Assembly: GCA_964016885.1 (NCBI GenBank)
Contig: OZ024743.1
Span: 329,902,001-329,966,000 of the forward strand
Reading direction: 5' to 3'
Origin: Eledone cirrhosa
Taxonomy: Eukaryota
Length of the DNA: 64,000 bases
Below the pieces are notes generated by a model. The model had not been told where the DNA came from. It searched no databases and was given only the letters and a program-made list of their open reading frames with translations. Position 1 is the first letter of the stretch; every line of letters begins with the position of its first letter. Below are positions 25,853 to 40,565 of the stretch, piece after piece. A program made the translations under genes and the position numbers.

Positions 25853-28800
25853 AGTGTACATAGGATACCGAGCAGTGTANNNNNNNNNNNNNNNNNNNNN
25901 NNNNNNNNNNNNNNNNNNNNNNNNNNNNNNNNNNNNNNNNNNNNNNNNNNNNNNNNNNNNNNNNNNNNNNNNNNNNNNNNNNNNNNNNNNNNNNNNNNNN
26001 NNNNNNNNNNNNNNNNNNNNNNNNNNNNNNNNNNNNNNNNNNNNNNNNNNNNNNNNNNNNNNNNNNNNNNNNNNNNNNNACAGTGTACATAGGTACCGAG
26101 TACATAGGATACAGTGTACATAAGATACCGAGTACATAGGATACCGAGTACATAGGATACAGTGTACATAGGATACAGTGTACATAGGATACCGAGTACA
26201 TAGGATACCGAGTACATAGGATACAGTGTACATAGGATACCGAGTACATAGGATACAGTGTACATAGGATACAGTGTACATAGGATACAGTGTACATAGG
26301 ATACCGAGTACATAGGATACAGTGTACATAGGATACCGAGTACATAGGATACCGTGTACATAGGATACAGTGTACATAGGATACAGTGTACATAGGATAC
26401 GAGTACATAGGATACAGTGTACATAGGATACCGAGTACATAGGATACCGTGTACATAGGATACGTGTACATAGGATACAGTGTACATAGGATATCGAGTA
26501 CATAGGATACAGTGTACATAGGATACCGAGTACATAGGATACAGTGTACATAGGATACCGAGTACATAGGATACAGTGTACATAGGATACCGAGTACATA
26601 GGATACCGAGTACATAGGATACAGTGTACATAGGATACCGAGTACATAGGAACAGTACATAGGATACCGAGTACATAGGATACAGTGTACATAGGATACC
26701 GAGTACATAGGATACAGTGTACATAGGATACCGAGTACATAGGATACCGTGTACATAGGATACAGTGTACATAGGATACAGTGTACATAGGATACCGAGT
26801 ACATAGGATACAGTGTACATAGGATACAGTGTACATAGGATACAGTGTACATAGGATACCGAGTACATAGGATACAGTGTACATAGGATACAGTGTACAT
26901 AGGATACAGTGTACATAGGATACAGCAGTGTACATAGGATACCGAGTACATAGGATACAGTGTACATAGGATACCGAGTACATAGGATACCGAGTACATA
27001 GGATACCGAGTACATAGGATACAGTGTACATAGGATACCGTGTACATAGGATACCGAGTACATAGGATACAGTGTACATAGGATACCGAGTACATAGGAT
27101 ACCGAGTACATAGGATACAGTGTACATAGGATACCGGTACATAGGATACAGTGTACATAGGATACCGTGTACATAGGATACAGAGTACATAGGATACAGT
27201 GTACATAGGATACCGAGTACATAGGATACAGTGTACATAGGATACAGTGTACATAGGATACAGTGTACATAGGATACCGAGTACATAGGATACAGTGTAC
27301 ATAGGATACAGTGTACATAGGATACCGAGTACATAGGATACAGTGTACATAGGATACAGTGTACATAGGATACCGAGTACATAGGATACAGTGTACATAG
27401 GATACCGAGTACATAGATACCGAGTACATAGGATACAGTGTACATAGGATACAGTGTACATAGGATACCGAGTACATAGGATACCGAGTACATAGGATAC
27501 CGAGTACATAGGATACAGTGTACATAGGATACCGAGTACATAGGATACAGTGTACATAGGATACAGTGTACATATGATACCGAGTACATAGGATACCGAG
27601 TACATAGGATACAGTGTACATAGGATACAGTGTACATAGGATACCGAGTACATAGGATACCGAGTACATAGGATACCGTGTACATAGGATACAGTGTACA
27701 TAGGATACCGAGTACATAGGATACCGAGTACATAGGATACAGTGTACATAGGATACCGAGTACATAGGATACAGTGTACATAGGATACCGAGTACATAGG
27801 ATACCGAGTACATAGGATACGAGTACATAGGATACAGTGTACATAGGATACGAGTACATAGGATACAGTGTACATAGGATACCGAGTACATAGGATACCG
27901 AGTACATAGGATACCGAGTACATAGGATACAGTGTACATAGGATATCGAGTACATAGGATACCGAGTACATAGATACGAGTACATAGGATACAGTGTACA
28001 TAGGATACCGAGTACATAGGATACAGTGTACATAGGATACCGAGTAATAGGATACAGTGTACATAGGATACAGTGTACATAGGATACCGAGTACATAGGA
28101 TACCGAGTACATAGGATACAGTGTACATAGGATACCGAGTACATAGGATACAGTGTACATAGGATACCGAGTACATAGGATACAGTGTACATAGGATACG
28201 AGTACATAGGATACAGTGTACATAGGATACCGAGTACATATGATACAGTGTACATAGGATACAGTGTACATAGGATACAGTGTACATAGGATACCGAGTA
28301 CATAGGATACAGTGTACATAGGATACAGTGTACATAGGATACAGTGTACATAGGATACAGTGTACATAGGATACCGAGTACATAGGATACAGTGTACATA
28401 GGATACCGAGTACATAGGATACAGTGTACATAGGATACCGAGTACATAGGATACAGTGTACATAGGATACAGTGTACATAGGATACAGTGTACATAGGAT
28501 ACCGAGTACATAGGATACAGTGTACATAGGATACAGTGTACATAGGATACAGTGTACATAGGATACCGAGTACATAGGATACCGTGTACATAGGATACAG
28601 TGTACATAGGATACAGTGTACATAGGATACAGTGTACATAGGATACCGAGTACATAGGATACCGAGTACATAGGATACAGTGTACATAGGATACGTGTAC
28701 ATAGGATACAGTGTACATAGGATACAGTGTACATAGGATACAGTGTACATAGGATACAGTGTACATAGGATACCGAGTACATAGGATACAGTGTACATAG

Positions 28801-31800
28801 GATACAGTGTACATAGGATACAGTGTACATAGGATACAGTGTACATAGGATACCGAGTACATAGGATACCGAGTACATAGGATACAGTGTACATAGGATA
28901 CAGTGTACATAGGATACCGAGTACATAGGATACAGTGTACATAGGATACCGAGTACATAGGATACCGAGTACATAGGATACAGTGTACATAGGATACGAG
29001 TACATAGGATACCGAGTACATAGGATACGAGTACATAGGATACCGAGTACATAGGATACAGTGTACATAGGATACAGTGTACATAGGATGCCGAGTACAT
29101 AGGATACCGAGTACATAGGATACCGAGTACATAGGATACAGTGTACATAGGATTCCGAGTACATAGGATACCGAGTACATAGGATACAGTGTACATAGGA
29201 TACCGAGTACATAGGATACAGTGTACATAGGATACAGGGTACATAGGATACAGTGTACATAGGATACCGAGTACATAGGATACAGTGTACATAGGATACC
29301 GAGTACATAGGATACCGAGTACATAGGATACAGTGTACATAGGATACAGTGTACATAGGATACAGTGTACATAGGATACAGTGTACATAGGATACAGTGT
29401 ACATAGGATACCGAGTACATAGGATACAGTGTACATAGGATACCGAGTACATAGGATACAGTGTACATAGGATACCGAGTACATAGGATACAGTGTACAT
29501 AGGATACCGAGTACATAGGATACAGTGTACATAGGATACAGTGTACATAGGATACAGTGTACATAGGATACAGTGTACATAGGATACGGAGTACATAGGA
29601 TACCGAGTACATAGGATACAGTGTACATAGGATACAGTGTACATAGGATACCGAGTACATAGGATACCGAGTACATAGGATACCGAGTACATAGGATACA
29701 GTGTACAGAGGATACCGAGTACATAGGATACAGTGTACATAGGATACCGAGTACATAGGATACAGTGTACATAGGATACAGTGTACATAGGATACCGAGT
29801 ACATAGGATACCGTGTACATAGGATACAGTGTACATAGGATACCGAGTACATAGGATACCGAGTACATAGGATACCGAGTACATAGGATACAGTGTACAT
29901 AGGATACCGAGTACATAGGATACAGTGTACATAGGATACCGAGTACATAGGATACAGTGTACATAGGATACCGAGTACATAGGATACAGTGTACATAGGA
30001 TACAGTGTACATAGGATACCGAGTACATAGGATACAGTGTACATAGGATACAGAGTACATAGGATACAGTGTACATAGGATACAGTGTACATAGGATACC
30101 GAGTACATAGGATACCGAGTACATAGGATACCGAGTACATAGGATACAGTGTACATAGGATACAGTGTACATAGGATACAGTGTACATAGGATACCGAGT
30201 ACATAGGATACCGAGTACATAGGATACAGTGTACATAGGATACAGTGTACATAGGATACAGTGTACATAGGATACCGAGTACATAGGATACAGTGTACAT
30301 AGGATACAGTGTACATAGGATACCGAGTACATAGGATACAGTGTACATAGGATACAGTGTACATAGGATACAGTGTACATAGGATACCGAGTACATAGGA
30401 TACAGTGTACATAGGATACCGAGTACATAGGATACAGTGTACATAGGATACCGAGTACATAGGATACAGTGTACATAGGATACAGTGTACATAGGATACA
30501 GTGTACATAGGATACCGAGTACATAGGATACAGTGTACATAGGATACAGAGTACATAGGATACAGTGTACATAGGATACCGAGTACATAGGATACAGTGT
30601 ACATAGGATACCGTGTACATAGGATACAGTGTACATAGGATACAGTGTACATAGGATACCGAGTACATAGGATACCGAGTACATAGGATACAGTGTACAT
30701 AGGATACCGAGTACATAGGATACCGAGTACATAGGATACCGAGTACATAGGATACAGTGTACATAGGATACCGAGTACATAGGATACAGTGTACATAGGA
30801 TACCGAGTACATAGGATACGGAGTACATAGGATACAGTGTACATAGGATACCGAGTACATAGGATACAGTGTACATAGGATACCGAGTACATAGGATACA
30901 GTGTACATAGGATACCGAGTACATAGGATACAGTGTACATAGGATACAGTGTACATAGGATACGAGTGTACATAGGATACCGAGTACATAGGATACAGTG
31001 TACATAGGATACAGTGTACATAGGATACAGTGTACATAGGATACCGTGTACATAGGATACAGTGTACATAGGATACCGAGTACATAGGATACAGTGTACA
31101 TAGGATACCGAGTACATAGGATACAGTGTACATAGGATACCGAGTACATAGGATACCGAGTACATAGGATACCGAGTACATAGGATACAGTGTACATAGG
31201 ATACAGTGTACATAGGATACCGAGTACATAGGATACAGTGTACATAGGATACCGAGTACATAGGATACAGTGTACATAGGATACCGAGTACATAGGATAC
31301 CGAGTACATAGGATACCGAGTACATAGGATACAGTGTACATAGGATACCGAGTACATAGGATACCGAGTACATAGGATACAGTGTACATAGGATACCGAG
31401 TACATAGGATACCGAGTACATAGGATACAGTGTACATAGGATACCGAGTACATAGGATACAGTGTACATAGGATACCGAGTACATAGGATACCGAGTACA
31501 TAGGATACCGAGTACATAGGATACCGAGTACATAGGATACCGAGTACATAGGATACAGTGTACATAGGGTACCGAGTACATAGGATACCGAGTACATATG
31601 ATACAGTGTACATAGGATACCGAGTACATAGGATACCGAGTACATAGGATACCGAGTACATAGGATACAGTGTACATAGGATACCGAGTACATAGGATAC
31701 CGAGTACATAGGATACCGAGTACATAGGATACCGAGTACATAGGATACCGAGTACATAGGATACATTGTACATAGGATACCGAGTACATAGGATACCGAG

Positions 31801-34765
31801 TACATAGGATACAGTGTACATAGGATACCGAGTACATAGGATACAGTGTACATAGGATACAGTGTACATAGGATACCGAGTACATAGGATACCGAGTACA
31901 TAGGATACCGAGTACATAGGATACAGTGTACATAGGATACCGAGTACATAGGATACAGTGTACATAGGATACCGAGTACATAGGATACAGTGTACATAGG
32001 ATACCGAGTACATAGGATACAGTGTACATAGGATACAGTGTACATAGGATACCGAGTACATAGGATACCGAGTACATAGGATACCGAGTACATAGGATAC
32101 AGTGTACATAGGATACAGTGTACATAGGATACCGAGTACATAGGATACAGTGTACATAGGATACCGAGTACATAGGATACAGTGTACATAGGATACCGAG
32201 TACATAGGATACAGTGTACATAGGATACCGAGTACATAGGATACAGTGTACATAGGATACAGTGTACATAGGATACAGTGTACATAGGATACCGAGTACA
32301 TAGGATACAGTGTACATAGGATACCGAGTACATAGGATACAGTGTACATAGGATACCGAGTACATAGGATACAGTGTACATAGGATACAGTGTACATAGG
32401 ATACAATGTACATAGGATACCGAGTACATAGGATACAGTGTACATAGGATACAGTGTACATAGGATACAGTGTACATAGGATACCGAGTACATAGGATAC
32501 AGTGTACATAGGATACCGAGTACATAGGATACAGTGTACATAGGATACCGAGTACATAGGATACAGTGTACATAGGATACCGAGTACATAGGATACCGAG
32601 TACATAGGATACCGAGTACATAGGATACAGTGTACATAGGATACAGTGTACATAGGATACCGAGTACATAGGATACAGTGTACATAGGATACAGTGTACA
32701 TAGGATACAGTGTACATAGGATACAGTGTACATAGGATACCGAGTACATAGGATACAGTGTACATAGGATACAGTGTACATAGGATACAGTGTACATAGG
32801 ATACCGAGTACATAGGATACCGAGTACATAGGATACCGAGTACATAGGATACCGAGTACATAGGATACCGAGTACATAGGATACAGTGTACATAGGATAC
32901 CGAGTACATAGGATACCGAGTACATAGGATACCGAGTACATAGGATACAGTGTACATAGGATACCGAGTACATAGGATACCGTGTACATAGGATACCGAG
33001 TACATAGGATACCGAGTACATAGGATACAGTGTACATAGGATACAGTGTACATAGGATACCGAGTACATAGGATACAGTGTACATAGGATACAGTGTACA
33101 TAGGATACAGTGTACATAGGATACCGAGTACATAGGATACAGTGTACATAGGATACAGTGTACATAGGATACAGTGTACATAGGATACCGAGTACATAGG
33201 ATACCGAGTACATAGGATACCGAGTACATAGGATACAGTGTACATAGGATACCGAGTACATAGGATACCGAGTACATAGGATACCGAGTACATAGGATAC
33301 CGAGTACATAGGATACAGTGTACATAGGATACAGTGTACATAGGATACCGAGTACATAGGATACCGAGTACATAGGATACCGAGTACATAGGATACCGAG
33401 TACATAGGATACCGAGTACATAGGATACCGAGTACATAGGATACAGTGTACATAGGATACAGTGTACATAGGATACAGTGTACATAGGATACCGAGTACA
33501 TAGGATACCGAGTACATAGGGTACAGTGTACATAGGATACCGAGTACATAGGATACCGAGTACATAGGATACCGAGTACATAGGATACCGAGTACATAGG
33601 ATACCGAGTACATAGTATACAGTGTACATAGGATACAGTGTACATAGGATACAGTGTACATAGGATACCGAGTACATAGGATACCGAGTACATAGGATAC
33701 AGTGTACATAGGATACCGAGTACATAGGATACCGAGTACATAGGATACCGAGTACATAGGATACCGAGTACATAGGATACCGAGTACATAGGATACCGAG
33801 TACATAGGATACAGTGTACATAGGATACAGTGTACATAGGATACAGTGTACATAGGATACCGAGTACATAGGATACCGAGTACATAGGATACAGTGTACA
33901 TAGGATACAGTGTACATAGGATACCGAGTACATAGGATACCGAGTACATAGGATACCGAGTACATAGGATACCGAGTACATAGGATACCGAGTACATAGG
34001 ATACCGAGTACATAGGATACAGTGTACATAGGATACAGTGTACATAGGATACAGTGTACATAGGATACCGAGTACATAGGATACCGAGTACATAGGATAC
34101 AGTGTACATAGGATACCGAGTACATAGGATACCGTGTACATAGGATACCGAGTACATAGGATACCGAGTACATAGGATACCGAGTACATAGGATACAGTG
34201 TACATAGGATACCGAGTACATAGGATACAGTGTACATAGGATACAGTGTACATAGGATACAGTGTACATAGGATACCGAGTACATAGGATACCGAGTACA
34301 TAGGATACAGTGTACATAGGATACAGTGTACATAGGATACCGAGTACATAGGATACCGAGTACATAGGATACAGTGTACATAGGATACAGTGTACATAGG
34401 ATACCGAGTACATAGGATACAGTGTACATAGGATACCGAGTACATAGGATACAGTGTACATAGGATACCGAGTACATAGGATACAGTGTACATAGGATAC
34501 AGTGTACATAGGATACAGTGTACATAGCATACCGAGTACATATGATACCGAGTACATAGGATACAGTGTACATAGGATACCGAGCAGTGTACATAGGATA
34601 CCGAGTACATAGGATACAGTGTACATAGGATACCGAGTACATAGGATACAGTGTACATAGGATACAGTGTACATAGGATACAGTGTACATAGGATACAGT
34701 GTACATAGGATACAGTGTACATAGTATACAGTGTACATAGGATACCGAGTACATAGGATACCGAG
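25853..34765. repeat. 16-bp satellite with two unit variants, TACATAGGATAC-AGTG and TACATAGGATAC-CGAG
   Basis: direct reading; about 8.9 kb including the N gap. Confidence 0.97.
25880..26079. other. Assembly gap (200 N)
   Basis: N run. Confidence 0.99.
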
Positions 34766-34989
34766 CAGTCTAACTTGTACTGCAGCAGATATAGCGACAG
34801 CAGCAGCAGCAGCAGCAGGAGTAGCAGCAACAGCAGCAGCGGCATCTACAGAAAGAAAGAAACAATTGAAATATCAGGAACAACAACAACAACAACATTG
34901 ACATCAACAACAGCGGGAACAGTAACTATAGCAACAACAACAGTAATATTATTTACCTCATCAACAACAATGGTTACAATTATCACATC

Positions 34990-35042
34990 AACTGCTACTA
35001 CTACTACTACTACTACTGCTACTACTACTACTACTGTTGCTG

Positions 35043-35074
<32 letters not shown>

Positions 35075-35099
35075 GTTGCTGCTACTACTACTACTACTG

Positions 35100-35131
<32 letters not shown>

Positions 35132-35177
35132 GTTGCTGCTACTACTACTACTGTTGCTGCTACTACTACTACTACTG

Positions 35178-35221
<44 letters not shown>

Positions 35222-35252
35222 GTTGCTGCTACTACTACTACTGTTGCTGCTG

Positions 35253-35287
<35 letters not shown>

Positions 35288-35294
35288 GTTGCTG

Positions 35295-35329
<35 letters not shown>

Positions 35330-35339
35330 GCTGCTGCTG

Positions 35340-35380
<41 letters not shown>

Positions 35381-35388
35381 GCTACTAT

Positions 35389-35450
<62 letters not shown>

Positions 35451-35915
35451 TTGCTGCTACAACTACTACAACTACTACTACTACTACTGTTGCAACAACA
35501 ACAACAACAACAACAACAACATCAACACCATCAACACCACCACCAATACCACCAACACCACCACAACACCACCACCAGACCACCACTCCACCAACAACAC
35601 CACACCACCACTCCACCAACAACAACAACACCAGCACACCGCCACTCCACCAACAACAACAAAACCACCACACCACCACTCCACCAACAACAACAACACC
35701 AGCACACCACCACTCCACTAACAACAACAGCGCCATCACACCACCACTCCACCAACAACACCACCACCACCACACCACCACTCCACCAACAACAACACCA
35801 CCACCACCGCACCACCACCACCACCACAACCAGCAGCAACACCACGACCACCACGACCACCACATCACCACCACACCATCACAACCACCACCACCACCAC
35901 CACAACACCACCGCT

Positions 35916-35946
<31 letters not shown>

Positions 35947-36312
35947 CCACCACCACCAACTCCACCAGCACCACACCAGCACACCACACCACCACCACCA
36001 CTACTACCAGCAACAACACCACCACCACCACCATCACCAACACCACCACCACCACTACCAGCAACAACACCACCACCACCACCACTATCAGCAACACCAC
36101 CACCAGTAACCAGACCATCTACAAGAATACCACCAACCCCAACACCAAAAATACCTCCAACAACGACGACAACGTTAATTACAATGACTAGAACAACAAC
36201 AACAACAACAACAACAGCAGCAGCAGCAGCAGCAGCAACAACAACAATAACAGCAACAACAACAGCAACAACAGCAACAACAACAGCAACAACAACAGCA
36301 ACAACAACAACT
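34990..36312. repeat. (CTA)n, (CAC/CAA)n and (CAG/CAA)n trinucleotide tracts
   Basis: direct reading. Confidence 0.95.
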
Positions 36313-36989
36313 AAGACAATCTAAAGAACAATAGATTTAGTATTAAAAACAATAAAAATTAAAGAAATCACATCACATTTTCTGTTTCTGTTAGGTTTTT
36401 CTTATAAATTTATTTCTCTCCTTTTGTAAATCTTATTTGAGATATTTGAAGAAATCATCTTCAAAGCCATTTGATAACAATAGTTACACCAGGAGTGATT
36501 TATACAATGTTTCACTGTTCATCTACTTTATAGAATGGTCCTCCGTCTGTTGAGACGACGAGTCTTCTACTTGTACGATCACCGGAACAATCTGCTCCTG
36601 GATGTAACGAGCATCTGGTGGAGAATCTCATACACAGGTCCTTTTAAATAAAAATAAAGTGAGTTATATCGCGATTAAATGGAAGAATACCAGACGACAC
36701 AATATGTAATATTAAACACGATATTAGAAAAATATTTTTGTAAATAAGACAATAATTTATATATACATACATAAATATATACATATGTTTACAGGTATAT
36801 TTATATACACACACACACACACATGTAACTAAGACAATACAACTACTTTTAATGGAATTTCACGAAGTTTAGGTGTTCCTTTTACCTTTACTTCATTATT
36901 TTTCCTTATCAATATTTTATTATAAAGTTGTGAATGTAATTGTGTACTCTTACCGACATTTAGTTTGATGTAGTGCGTGGTGCTTCTCT

Positions 36990-37225
36990 CGGTTTCAGTG
37001 GCACGAAGTGACTGAGAGTACAAGACTCACTCTCCCTGGAAAGGACGCCAGTCCATCGTAGGGTTAAACCCCCAGCTATTGCTGATACTCAGTTTCAGTT
37101 TAATATACTGGAGCAACGTGAAATGAAATGTCTTGCTCAAGAACACAACACACAACCCAGTGGAGGAATCGAACCCACGACATTATGATTATAAGTCCAA
37201 TACGCTTACCAGTAGGCTACATGTC
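36990..37225 (-). mobile_element. tRNA-derived SINE (second family)
   Basis: minus-strand B-box GGTTCGATTCC; homologous to 14995-15110. Confidence 0.7.
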
Positions 37226-37840
37226 TCCACTGATACGGAGGTCCTTTTAATTACAGGTGTCATTCAGCTTGAATAGTGTGTGACAAAGCAGGTCCTTTTA
37301 ATTACAAGTAGAGTACATCTTGTAAGTGGCTGAACATTTCAGAGAGGCGTGTGCCCTTAACTTAATTCTCAGGGAGATTCAGCTTGCCTCTGTGTTTGAG
37401 AAGGCTGATATTTGAATTACAAGTACACTTCATCCGATGGGCTTCCAAACAGTTTCCGTCTACCCAATTTCATTCACATGACGTGGGTTAACTCGAAGCT
37501 ATGATTAATGACAGTTACATAACATACTAAGCTGTGGGATCGAATCCGGGACCTAATGATCATAAAGCGAGCCTCTTATCGATCTGGCCTTGCTGTATCC
37601 ACACCTTATCTTTAATTATCCGTCAAAAGTAGTTTACTTCCTGTTCTTATTGGTCATCGATAAATACATACACAAACAAATACATAATCAACCGGTTGAC
37701 TAATGAAGCAGTGGGTCACGTTGGAATTAGAAATGTAGTCCTCTCAATGTAAATAACCACAATAATAGATTATTACTAACGTCGGGTAAAGAACCCCTAG
37801 AGTCGGATAAAGTGATCGAATATTATTATACTCACTTGCA

Positions 37841-38405
37841 TTGGTTGAATTAAGTGCAAGTATTGCAGGAGCTGGTGCAGTAATGTGTCAGCTTCAGCAT
37901 TCGGTAATCAGAAGGGAGGTAGGTGTAAAAATCAAACTTGCTATCTTCAATTCGGTATTCATGCCAACTCTTAACTATGGTCATGCATCTTGGGTAATGA
38001 CCAAAAGAAAACTATCGCGAATGCAATCTAAATGGAGTTCTTCAAAAGGGTGTTTGGAGTAATATTATTCGATAAAGTACGTAGCTTGGAGATCAGAGAG
38101 TCACACCAGGTAGAGCTGCTACTTCTCCGAATTGAAAGATCGCTGTTCCTATACTATGGGCATGTGGTTAGAATGTCTCAGGAAAGAATCGCGGGATTGA
38201 TTTTACGGGCAAACCAATCGGCAGGCGACCCAGGGGTGGACCCCGAGAAAGATGGTTGGGTAAGATCCATAAGCTCGGCTGGTCTCGCTTGGCGATCCAG
38301 CCGGATCAGTTGGAAGCGGTTGCTTCTGACAGGACTCGCTGGAAGGAATATTTGAGGTCTTTGACCCCACGACGCTCCCAGCATTAAGTGGGCGAAGAAG
38401 AAGAG
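37841..38405 (+). mobile_element. RTE-clade LINE 3' fragment (frameshifted)
   Basis: KLAIFNSVFMPTLNYGHASW..., DKVRSLEIRE..YGHVVRM; ends in GAAGAAG. Confidence 0.85.
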
Positions 38406-38609
38406 ATGCATTAGAACGACTATGTTTGTAATAAATAAATAAATAAATAAATATTTCGGAAATTTAGCAGCATTCGAACTGCTACACTCCAGATTTCAGA
38501 TATATGCTGATAGGATTTTTATGTTATCATTTTATTTTCATGGCTTAATTTGTATCATCAATTCAGCACTGTTTTTCCTATTTCCCTTTTCAGGGTTTAT
38601 TCCTACACA

Positions 38610-38975
38610 ATTTATTAAGTTTTCATAATGAAAGATAAGAAGGAAAGGGGTAAAGAAAGGCAGATCTGGGTGTAATAGGACAGTAGAGCAAAGGACTATA
38701 AATGAGAAGAAAGGGAGGTGAAGGGGAGAGGGTGATAGGCTTTATGCCTAGGTCGGGAAGGTGTCTAAGTTGCGGATAAAACTGCAAAGGCATTTCTGCG
38801 GACAAGGGCCAGCGACACCCGCTGTAACAGCCAGCCCAGATCGCGGGACTCCTTTCTCAGACGGGCTGCTGATATTCTGATTTTATGGTTGAGCCTGACT
38901 CTGCGGGGTCTGAGGACGTATGAGGTCTTGACGGCGACAGGTGCAAATCGGCTTATAAGCCATTCACTAACACTT
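38610..38975 (-). mobile_element. 3' end of CRE-clade non-LTR retrotransposon
   Basis: minus frame RFAPVAVKTSYVLRP..RDLGWLLQRVSLALVRRNAFAVL* matches the CRE C-terminal pattern PxAVET..WLxQRxSxAxxRGNA; 3' UTR with AATAAA. Confidence 0.7.
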
Positions 38976-39825
38976 CTTAAGATGGTGATAGAACAGGCAT
39001 AGATGTGTCATGAAGGAGTTCGCATTGCAACCACGCGATTCTGGGTTCAATTTCGCTGCGTGACACCTCAGGTACGTGTCTTCTACTGAGATCTTGAATT
39101 TGGGGGAGAGAAAGTGGAGAAGTCCCAGAAAGTGAAGAAGCCCCTTGTGTGTGTGTGTGTGTGTAAAGATGTAGGGTAGTCTGATGGCAATAAAAATGCG
39201 ATCGCAAGTTTCTTGTCACTAGTATTTCAATATCAAGATACGAAAGAGTTTGAAGTGTTTATATCTCTATATACATACACTGTTGGTTAAGAATATCTCT
39301 ATCTATCTGTTGCTCTTCTTGCGTATGAGGCTGTTGTATCTTCGCCTGATTGAAATCACTGATCAAATTCTTTTCTGAATGTAATAGCAGGAACCGGTCG
39401 CTCTCCGACAGGTTTGCGGTCGTACCCTTGGCAGTGGAGACTTCTGGTGTCCTCGGCCCTAGGGATACCTCCCTACTAAACCACCATAGGCGCTGAGCTG
39501 CCAGCCGCAGTTGCGAGTCTCGCGAGTTGGAATGGCTTTTCCAGCGCGTCTCCCTTGCCGTCCTCCGGGGAAACGCCTTCTCCATTCTATCCGCCGGGGC
39601 TGTGGGGAGGCCACCAATATGATTGACTGACTTGTCATTTTATCAGTCAACTGTTGCTGTCGTTAACATCTGTCAGTCTCTTCATAATCACCGCCAGAAA
39701 GAAATAATTTCAGCGCCTGATCACTCATTACTGATGAGTTTCCAGGGCCCACCACGAGGAGGTCTGCAACCTGTCCCCCCTTCCCTCGCTGTCTCCCTGC
39801 CTGTACTGTATAGCTTTGAAGCAAT

Positions 39826-40203
39826 GTACTCTTGGGTCTCGAATAATTGTCCTCATCCCCGCTTGTTAATTTTTCAGATTTTTCCCACTCCCCACCCCTC
39901 AGCTTATGAAATTTATCTAATCTATCTCCTGCGAAATTTTATTTTAAGTGGTAGCATTCCTGCGACAATTAATTTTCTTTATACATTAAAAAAAAAAAAC
40001 ATTATGCATGACACAAAAAGAACATTACTAGAAATCCTATACGTTATAAATATATATGATGGGTTGGGGATCTCGATATGTAAACTAAACGACTAATTCT
40101 GGCTTTTAAAAAATCAACGAGACAACCTAGAAAAAGTATAGACGCCACTCCCCCCCCCCTCCTTATTCTAAAGCACGACCCCTATTATTTGGGACTCGAG
40201 ACA
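39826..40203. mobile_element. MITE (same family as 24336)
   Basis: TACTCTTGGGTCTCGAATAAT...ATTATTTGGGACTCGAGAC. Confidence 0.65.
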
Positions 40204-40299
40204 AGGTTTTTACATCTATTTACATTCTATAGCACAGTATAGCATTGAAGCCATGTATATACAGACACGGTGTTTATCTACCTATATATATCTATCTAG

Positions 40300-40565
40300 G
40301 GCGGGTAAAATTCCCGAGATCCATGGACGAGACGAGTTCTCTCCAGGCTCTCTGTCCATCATCATCGCTGCCATGTCCTGCGTCTCCAAGAGGTCAGTGT
40401 CTGTCCTTAGGGCATCAACATATGTCAACCTCGGTCTTCCTTTTCCAATGTGTCCATGCAGGGGCCCCCACAGGAGCACAGAGTGCAGTGTCAACCCTGG
40501 ATGTTGGTGAGCATGTCCAGCTAACCTCAGTCTCCTCTGTGCTATTTTCGAGCTGACATCTGGGA
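40300..40565 (-). mobile_element. RTE-X LINE 3' fragment
   Basis: VLLWGPLHGHIGKGRPRLTYVDALRTDT..MMDRE. Confidence 0.8.

Noticed and set aside
25853-34765. CRISPR-like array
   Set aside because: No unique spacers and no cas genes; eukaryotic tandem repeat
25621-34845. Three ORFs of about 3000 aa
   Set aside because: Translation of a stop-free 16-bp satellite; the same peptide cycle appears in all frames and spans an N gap
34775-36191. Thr/His/Leu-rich mucin-like ORFs
   Set aside because: Trinucleotide repeats open in several frames on both strands
38805-38960. Twister or HDV ribozyme in GC-rich patch
   Set aside because: Better explained as CRE coding sequence on the minus strand
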